NCBI GenBank assembly: GCA_037128175.1
Contig: JBAXWY010000008.1
Location: forward strand, 26,660 to 90,659
Origin: Methanothrix sp.
Lineage (GTDB): Archaea; Halobacteriota; Methanosarcinia; Methanotrichales; Methanotrichaceae
Length of the DNA: 64,000 nt
Reading direction: 5' to 3'
A model generated the notes under the pieces. It searched no databases. It had not been told where the DNA came from and saw only the letters and a list, made by a program, of their open reading frames with translations. The stretch's first letter is position 1, and each line of letters begins with the position of its first letter. Positions 57,430 to 64,000 of this stretch are shown piece by piece. A program made the translations under genes and the position numbers.

Positions 57430-58602
57430 ATGAAAATTGTTTCTTTGGTGCCGCTTGCCTTGGGCACATTGATGCTCGGCATATTGATGGCAGCATGCTG
57501 CATCGCTGCGGCAGAGCCGGGAGATAGCAGCAAGATGACGGATCGTGTCGATCTGGCCAATTTGGACCTGACCCATATGGACCTCGCCGGCATGCACCTC
57601 AATCAATCGAACCTATCCGGCGCAAATCTCTCCGGTTCGAATCTAAGCGGCACTTTTTTGCGCTCCGCATGGTTTCTAAATTCCCTTCTTCAAGGAACAA
57701 CAATGGTAAAGACTGACTTAACCGGAGCTGTTCTTAGTGGTGCAAATCTTGCCGGAGCGGATCTTTCCCTGGCCGTTTTGGCCTATTCTCAAATGTCCAA
57801 TGCCAATCTTAATAATGCCATCTTGAAGAAGACGGATCTTACCGAGGCCGATCTCTCCGATGCCAATCTCACCGATGCAGATTTAAACGATGCCAGGCTC
57901 TTTCGAACCGACCTCACAGGCGCCACTCTCAAGGGCATCTATCTGATCGGTGCAAACCTGATTGGAGCTCATGTGAGCTGGGCAGACCTCAGTGGAAGCT
58001 ATCTCTCGAAAGGCCAATTTTCTCGATCGGAGCTATACAGTACCAACCTGCATGGCGCCGACCTCTCTGAAGCAGATTTTACCAGAGCATATCTCATGAG
58101 TGCAAACTTAACCGGAGCCAACCTAAAATGGACCAGTCTCTCTTATGCCGATTTGACCGAGGCAAAACTCATGGGGGCGAACCTGAATTCCGCCAAGATG
58201 CCTTATGCCGATCTGACCCGTGCTAACCTCACAGGAGCTGATCTTACCGATGCCGACTTGAACTCGGCAAGGCTTACCGGGGCCGTCCTTTGCAAAGTCA
58301 AGCTCGATCGTGTCAGGTTATCCGAGATGGATCTGAGGGGCGCAGATCTAACAGACTCTTCCCTCAGGGGCTCGAGCCTAGTTCTGGTATATCTGGCCAA
58401 TGCCAAGATGAATAGGGCAGATTTACGAGATGCCACCTTAGATCGGGTGGAGATGACGGGAGCAGATCTTACCGGTGCTAACCTGGAGCGTATTAAATAT
58501 GACCAGTTCACCCTTTATTCGCTTTCTGATGCCAAGTTGGATGGTGCAAAGATGTCCGACAACCTGAAAGCGGATTTGAGTCGCATCAAGGAAGATATAT
58601 GA
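57430..58602 (+). CDS. Secreted pentapeptide-repeat protein (paralogue)
   Basis: Signal peptide plus repeats; shares SWADL...SR.ELYST.L.G.DL...DFTRAY.M with the upstream gene. Confidence 0.9.
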   Translation: MKIVSLVPLALGTLMLGILMAACCIAAAEPGDSSKMTDRVDLANLDLTHMDLAGMHLNQSNLSGANLSGSNLSGTFLRSAWFLNSLLQGTTMVKTDLTGAVLSGANLAGADLSLAVLAYSQMSNANLNNAILKKTDLTEADLSDANLTDADLNDARLFRTDLTGATLKGIYLIGANLIGAHVSWADLSGSYLSKGQFSRSELYSTNLHGADLSEADFTRAYLMSANLTGANLKWTSLSYADLTEAKLMGANLNSAKMPYADLTRANLTGADLTDADLNSARLTGAVLCKVKLDRVRLSEMDLRGADLTDSSLRGSSLVLVYLANAKMNRADLRDATLDRVEMTGADLTGANLERIKYDQFTLYSLSDAKLDGAKMSDNLKADLSRIKEDI

Positions 58603-60638
58603 TAAATAATTTGCAGTCATTTTGCATCTTAGCGGTCTTTATGCTGGCTCTTCCCGCCCAGGCATCGATAATTTCGCTCGGACCCGGCCAGAGCATCCAA
58701 AAGGCAATTGATGCCGCCAACCCTGGTGACATAATCGAGATATCTCCCGGAACCTACAACGAGAGCATCAATATCACCAAGAGCCTGATCTTGCGGGGTA
58801 GTTCTGGGAAAGACAGGCCGATCCTGGTGGCTCGCGATAAAGGCAATACCGTGCGAGTTTTGGCAAACCGCACACGTTTAGAGGATTTAAGCCTGACCGG
58901 TGCCACAGACTGGTCTATGGCTGCCGTCCTGGTAATGTCTCAAGATAATATCATCGCAAACAATACCATGCAAGGCAACGCAATCGGCATTTTTGTGTCT
59001 TCCGGAAATAACACAATCGATTCTAATGAGATAGATGATAACTACCTGGGCGGATTAATTATCTTTTCTGCCGCGGGAAATAAAATCTCGAATAACAGCT
59101 TCTTCGAAAATAATCAGGTAGGCGTTATGGTACTAAATTCGACAGATAATATAATTATTAATAATAACGCCAGCGGAAATATGGGGATAGGCATTAAATT
59201 GTTCCAATCCAGTGGTAACTTCGTAGAAAATAATGTTGTGATTACTAACGACTATGGTATTGTATTATCGGACGCAGATAATAATTTTATACATAACAAC
59301 ACTGCAATTAATAACGACTACGGCATTTATCCTTATTTATCGCGAGGCAATGAGATCTCTAATAACACAGCATTCAAGAATGACTATGCCCTCTATCTTT
59401 GGGATTCTCATGGCAACAAATTCATGGATAATAACCTGGAAAAGAATGATGGAAGCGGAATTACCTTATTTTATTCCCATGAGAATCGCTTCGAGAACAA
59501 CGATGCAGACCTCAACAAACAGTATGGGATCCACCTTATCTCTTCCAATAATAACCTTATCTTAAGAAACTCCTTTTGCAATATCACCGCAGGCAGCGGC
59601 GCATACTTTGAAGAATCATTGCAAAACAACTTCACAGAAAATCGGGTATTTGCGAATTTTGATCAGGGAATACAGATTGTGAATTCGAGTAGAAATATAC
59701 TTGCAAATAACACTATTCATAAAAATCCAAAAGGATTAGTAATCTCCGGCATCAGCGAAGAAAATCTGTTCATCGAGAATGTGGTGAGCGGGGGCAATTT
59801 TGGCATCATGGTTTATGAGGCGAACAACAATACCATTGCAAAGAATGCGTTTCGCAGAAATGCCGTGAGGGGCATAAATCTCAACCTATCCCAACGGAAT
59901 AATCTTGCCGAGAATGAGATCTCTGATTGCCCGGTGGGCATATTCCTGGAGAGCTGCCTGGATAACAATCTCTCCCGCAATCATCTGCATAATAACGCTA
60001 ACGGCATCATGCTCCTTGCATCAAACAACAATCGCCTCAAAGAAAATAATATCCTCCGCTGCAAAACGGGCATAAATCTGGATCAGTCCTCCGATAATCG
60101 CATACAATCCAATGAACTGTCCGAGAATAATGACGGTATCATCATTGTGAAGTCAATACAAAACATTTTGTCGGAAAACATAGTTTCGAGCAAAGATGCG
60201 GGCATCAGTCTGACCAGTTCTATGAGGTGCAATATCACAGGCAACCGTGCCCATAACTGTCGCCAGGGCATAAAAATGGTCGATTGCAGCTACAACGTGT
60301 TGTGCTTCAATAATCTTAGCCGGAACTATGAAGGTCTTTATCTGGATGAGGGAGTGTATCCTCAACAATCCAGCCGCAATGAGATATATCTAAATGCATT
60401 TATAGATAATTCTCGTGATGTTTATTCCTTTATATCCTCTAACTCCTGGAGTTCACCACAAGCGCTTTCCTATCAATTCCTGGGAAAGACCTTCAATAAC
60501 CACCTTGGAAACTACTGGCTCAACACCCAAATGAGGGACGGCAATAGTGACGGCATCAGTGATCTGAAACATAGCATAGGCACTGATCTGGATGAAAATC
60601 CACTGATGCAGCTTCCGGTTCTGTACGAGATAACCTGA
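58599..60638 (+). CDS. Secreted NosD/CASH parallel beta-helix protein
   Basis: SIQ.AID.A.PGD.I....GTY.E, many GI.L..S.NN.I..N repeats and a C-terminal GNYW motif. Confidence 0.9.
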   Translation: MINNLQSFCILAVFMLALPAQASIISLGPGQSIQKAIDAANPGDIIEISPGTYNESINITKSLILRGSSGKDRPILVARDKGNTVRVLANRTRLEDLSLTGATDWSMAAVLVMSQDNIIANNTMQGNAIGIFVSSGNNTIDSNEIDDNYLGGLIIFSAAGNKISNNSFFENNQVGVMVLNSTDNIIINNNASGNMGIGIKLFQSSGNFVENNVVITNDYGIVLSDADNNFIHNNTAINNDYGIYPYLSRGNEISNNTAFKNDYALYLWDSHGNKFMDNNLEKNDGSGITLFYSHENRFENNDADLNKQYGIHLISSNNNLILRNSFCNITAGSGAYFEESLQNNFTENRVFANFDQGIQIVNSSRNILANNTIHKNPKGLVISGISEENLFIENVVSGGNFGIMVYEANNNTIAKNAFRRNAVRGINLNLSQRNNLAENEISDCPVGIFLESCLDNNLSRNHLHNNANGIMLLASNNNRLKENNILRCKTGINLDQSSDNRIQSNELSENNDGIIIVKSIQNILSENIVSSKDAGISLTSSMRCNITGNRAHNCRQGIKMVDCSYNVLCFNNLSRNYEGLYLDEGVYPQQSSRNEIYLNAFIDNSRDVYSFISSNSWSSPQALSYQFLGKTFNNHLGNYWLNTQMRDGNSDGISDLKHSIGTDLDENPLMQLPVLYEIT

Positions 60639-60741
60639 TGCCTTCGCGTTAAGATCTTTTTCCCTATTTAATGTACTTTCAGGAAGAGGGGTTAACTATA
60701 AGACCTCGGCAATGACTTTGAAGTGCGGAGGTATTTGGAGA

Positions 60742-61383
60742 ATGGGATTTAAATGTGTGGTAATAGCTTTGGCCTTTGTGGCATGTCTTTGCATGACTGC
60801 CTTTGCTTTGGGTCCAAAGAACGAGTACGTCGAGCCGGAGTTTCCAGGAGAGGACATGTCCGGCAGCCAAATTTACCAGGAAGTTCGCGAGGGCGTCTAT
60901 GATAACCTGGATGACTCTGCTCTGTCTTTCCAAAATGAGAGCCTATTTACGATCCGGAAAGATACGGGCATGAGCCCTCACGTTCCTGGCAAAGGTGTTA
61001 GGACACCAGTTGTCGTCATCAGAGGATTAGGTGTCGCTCCGGCGGCAGGAAGCTGGGCTTTTACTCTGAACGACGTTGATAAAAGCTATCTCAAGATTGA
61101 CCTTTATCAGACCGCAGATGCTGTGTTTGGATCGGGAGAGCTGGCAGATAATGGAGTCGTCACTGCCGTCACCGCGGGAGGCAGCGTGCTGGGCAATAGG
61201 TTGGCATTGTTTGTGATCCCGGCCGGCAGTCAGAACATGTATCGCTTCAGCCTTACAATTAAGCCGGGCTCCATGGATGGAGAGTATATCTTCACCGCAC
61301 CGGGAATAACCCAGCCGGGTGTGGCCTTCGGCAGCCTGTTGTCCCCGCCTGGCTTTGCAGCTCCTGCGCCTACAAATGCATAA
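60742..61383 (+). CDS. Secreted beta-barrel-like protein, paralogue 1
   Basis: Signal peptide; GSWAFTL...DLYQ...VFGSG...VTAGGS...YRFSL...GEY pattern. Confidence 0.7.
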   Translation: MGFKCVVIALAFVACLCMTAFALGPKNEYVEPEFPGEDMSGSQIYQEVREGVYDNLDDSALSFQNESLFTIRKDTGMSPHVPGKGVRTPVVVIRGLGVAPAAGSWAFTLNDVDKSYLKIDLYQTADAVFGSGELADNGVVTAVTAGGSVLGNRLALFVIPAGSQNMYRFSLTIKPGSMDGEYIFTAPGITQPGVAFGSLLSPPGFAAPAPTNA

Positions 61384-61485
61384 GATCCGGGCAAATTGTC
61401 CGGATTATATTTTTATCACATCATGTCAGCAAAGGATACCATTATTAACATAGCCATCCTAATCGGTTGCAGAGGGTTAGTGGAT

Positions 61486-62073
61486 ATGGCGTTTAAAGCA
61501 ATTCTGATAGTATTATTATTCATCAGCCTGGCTGCTAATGTATCTTCGCAAGGTTACATGGGCACGGTGAGCACCGGCACGGGAATAATACCCGCCCTGA
61601 CGGTGGGCAAGAGTTCGATTTCCGCCTCCCAGGTGGGAGCAATCTCATCACGGGCAAACCTGACTGGAAGCTGGGCTCTTGATCTGTTGGGTACCCAGAC
61701 CAGGCATTTTGACTTGCAGATGTATCAGGAAGACGACCTCATCTTGGGATCCGGCCGCAGTCAGGACCAAAGCGGCCTGGCCGTGACTGCAGCCGGTTCT
61801 GTAGCCGGAGACAGACCAACCATATTCATCTCTCTGATTGATTCGAGCCAGGTATTCCGGCTCAAGCTCTCTGTTTCCGGAGAAGCTCTTGCGGGTGAAT
61901 ATGATTCCCTTTCCCAGACGGAGTCGCACCAGTCGGGAACGGTGACAGGCCGTATAACTTTAACAGCCAAGAAGAGTCCTGCAACAGCTCTTGGCAAAAG
62001 CATCAATCCCAGTGCAACAGCGGGGGCATGGGTGGGAAGGGCCACAGAGAGCAGCAACACCGGAGGGATCTAA
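61486..62073 (+). CDS. Secreted beta-barrel-like protein, paralogue 2
   Basis: Signal peptide; GSWALDL...DLQMYQ...ILGSG...VTAAGS...FRLKL...GEY pattern. Confidence 0.7.
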   Translation: MAFKAILIVLLFISLAANVSSQGYMGTVSTGTGIIPALTVGKSSISASQVGAISSRANLTGSWALDLLGTQTRHFDLQMYQEDDLILGSGRSQDQSGLAVTAAGSVAGDRPTIFISLIDSSQVFRLKLSVSGEALAGEYDSLSQTESHQSGTVTGRITLTAKKSPATALGKSINPSATAGAWVGRATESSNTGGI

Positions 62074-62083
62074 GACGAGAGGC

Positions 62084-62575
62084 ATGATTGCATTACTGAT
62101 AATAATGCTCGCTGTCGGCTCTCCGGCAGCGGCTAAGTGTTGTTCATTGGGTGGGGGCGCATCCTACAACTTTCTGGGGGACTCGGCCGTGGACATCAGT
62201 ATGGATGACTACAATGAGTTCGTCCGCGAGACGGTTCCGACAAACGTTGTGGCAGTTCCTGATGTTAAAAAAGCGGCAACAAGCCGGATCAGCCTGAATC
62301 TGTTAAATAATAGCCGCATTAATCTTCTTCTCACTCAGGCAGAAGGACGCATTTTTGGCCAGGGGAATGTAACCCAGGGAAATGTTACCAGGCCGGTAGA
62401 GGCTGAAGGAAAGCTTCAAGCCAACAAACTGTCCCTTGATGTAATTGCCTTCGAGGGAGATGTCTACAAATTTAGCCTAGCAGCGGAAGGCAGCACCGTT
62501 CTGGGAGACTACAGCTTAACGACGCCTGATGGAGAGCGACGGAACGCAACTGCGGAAGGAAAGTGGGAGATTTGA
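62084..62575 (+). CDS. Secreted beta-barrel-like protein, paralogue 3
   Basis: Signal peptide; L.LTQ...IFGQG...V.AEG...YKFSL...GDY pattern. Confidence 0.65.
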   Translation: MIALLIIMLAVGSPAAAKCCSLGGGASYNFLGDSAVDISMDDYNEFVRETVPTNVVAVPDVKKAATSRISLNLLNNSRINLLLTQAEGRIFGQGNVTQGNVTRPVEAEGKLQANKLSLDVIAFEGDVYKFSLAAEGSTVLGDYSLTTPDGERRNATAEGKWEI

Positions 62576-62608
62576 GTGACTGCGGCGCAGTCTGCCCCAG
62601 TCTCTTAT

Positions 62609-63958
62609 TCATTGCATTTCGCCAGTCTTCGCTCCCGGGGAAAATCTCTTCATGAGGCGCTTCATATTCATCTTGCCAGCTCCACCTCTCATGCCCTTGA
62701 TTGCCTTTTGCATGGCCTGATGGGATTTAAGAAGCTCACGAACCACATCAGGAGTGGCTCCGCTGCCCCGTGATATGCGCTTGATACGCGAGGCGGTTAT
62801 TACCTTTGGATCCTCCAGCTCGGCGGCCGTCATGGAGTCCATGACCACCCGGTACTTGTCCAGGCGATCTTTGGTCATCTGGTACTCTTTGTCGGAAAGA
62901 TCCAGTCCCAGGCCGCCCATGGGCAGCATCTGCATGATCTGTTTTAAGGGCCCCAGCTTGTTCATGGCCTCCATCTGCTGGTACATGTCTTTCAGGGTGA
63001 ACTTGCCCCGCATGAGCGAATCAACGTCCACCTGGGCATCGGTCTGCACCTCCTGGGCCCTCTCGATGAGCGTCTTGATGTCGCCCATGCCCAGCATACG
63101 GGAGATGAAGCGGTCTGCCTCGAACTTCTCCAGGTCGGCCGGCGTCTCGCCCATGCCAATGAAGGCCACACCGGTTTTGGTCTCCGCCACGGCCGAGAGA
63201 GCTCCGCCACCCTTGGCTGTGCCGTCTAACTTGGTGATGATTACGCCCGTGATCTGGATGGCTTCGTTGAAGGCGCGTGCCTGCTCGGAAGCCTGCTGGC
63301 CCAAAGCGGCGTCCATCACCAGCAATTTTTGCTCGGCATTGACCACGACGTGGATGTCCATCATCTCCTGGATCAGATCGCCCTCCAGGGCGTGCCGTCC
63401 CGCGGTATCGACGATGCGAATATCGTATTTCTTGGCAGCCTCCAGGCCCGCTTTCGCCACCGCCGCGGCATCGGGATTGCCCCGCTCTCCGTAAAAGAAG
63501 ACGCCCTGCTTTTCACAGAGCGCTTTTAGCTGGTCATAGGCTCCGGCACGAAAGGTGTCGGCGCAGATGACGGCTGTGCGCAGCCCCTTTCGTTGAAAGA
63601 AGGTGGCAAGCTTCGCCGCTGTGGTGGTCTTTCCCGAGCCCTGCAGGCCAACTAGCATGATGTTCTGCTTTTTCAGGGGAATGTCACAGCCGCGGCCTAC
63701 CAGGTTGATCAGTTCCTGATAGACGATGTTGATGACGTGCTCTCGTGGGTTCATGCCCGCGGCCGGCTTTTCATTGAGCGCCCGCTCTTTGATGGTGTTG
63801 GAGAGCAGCATCACCAGCTTTACATTCACATCAGCCTGCAGTAGTGCTCGCTGAATCTCCCGCACGGCATCGTCTACTAAAGCCTTGTCTATCTTATTCG
63901 CCGACGCAATCTTCTTTAGAGCGTTACGCAGCGACCCACCTAAGTTTTCCAGGACCAT
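62609..63958 (-). CDS. srp54: Signal recognition particle protein Srp54
   Basis: [24 protein letters not shown] motifs and a Met-rich M domain. Confidence 0.97.
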   Translation of the reverse strand: MVLENLGGSLRNALKKIASANKIDKALVDDAVREIQRALLQADVNVKLVMLLSNTIKERALNEKPAAGMNPREHVINIVYQELINLVGRGCDIPLKKQNIMLVGLQGSGKTTTAAKLATFFQRKGLRTAVICADTFRAGAYDQLKALCEKQGVFFYGERGNPDAAAVAKAGLEAAKKYDIRIVDTAGRHALEGDLIQEMMDIHVVVNAEQKLLVMDAALGQQASEQARAFNEAIQITGVIITKLDGTAKGGGALSAVAETKTGVAFIGMGETPADLEKFEADRFISRMLGMGDIKTLIERAQEVQTDAQVDVDSLMRGKFTLKDMYQQMEAMNKLGPLKQIMQMLPMGGLGLDLSDKEYQMTKDRLDKYRVVMDSMTAAELEDPKVITASRIKRISRGSGATPDVVRELLKSHQAMQKAIKGMRGGAGKMNMKRLMKRFSPGAKTGEMQ

Positions 63959-64000
63959 AATGCTTCCGTGAGATGAGGGCTGGCAAACCATATAAAAATG

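Overview
This is archaeal chromosomal DNA from a methanogen, most likely Methanothrix/Methanotrichaceae. That assignment is inferred from gene content: fae-hps, methanogenesis marker 8, mfnD-like, ahbD/ahbA, pok-pps-coaBC, lsm-rpl37e-purF, srp54, an intron-containing tRNA-Met and many secreted N-glycosylated proteins. Most of the window is housekeeping genes mixed with secreted-protein clusters, two hicBA modules and one intact IS200/IS605 (tnpA-tnpB) element. The most striking unexplained signal is a roughly 450-nt non-coding stretch (about 5297-5750). It follows a TATA box, folds on the + strand into many helices with UUCG loops and long-range pairings, matches no RNA class I recognise, and may have a divergent smaller partner transcript. 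Other notable items: a DUF3800 gene with a structured 3' RNA-like element; a dispersed REP-like repeat family at three loci; a tandem duplication of an OFA-type transporter with the divergent promoter it shares with a gamma carbonic anhydrase; a degenerate DNA-ligase paralogue behind ftsZ; a cupin gene bracketed by direct repeats; a 37-bp IS605-end remnant; an unannotated 33-aa membrane protein; and an operon of secreted beta-solenoid proteins. All structure calls were made by eye and no database searches were run.
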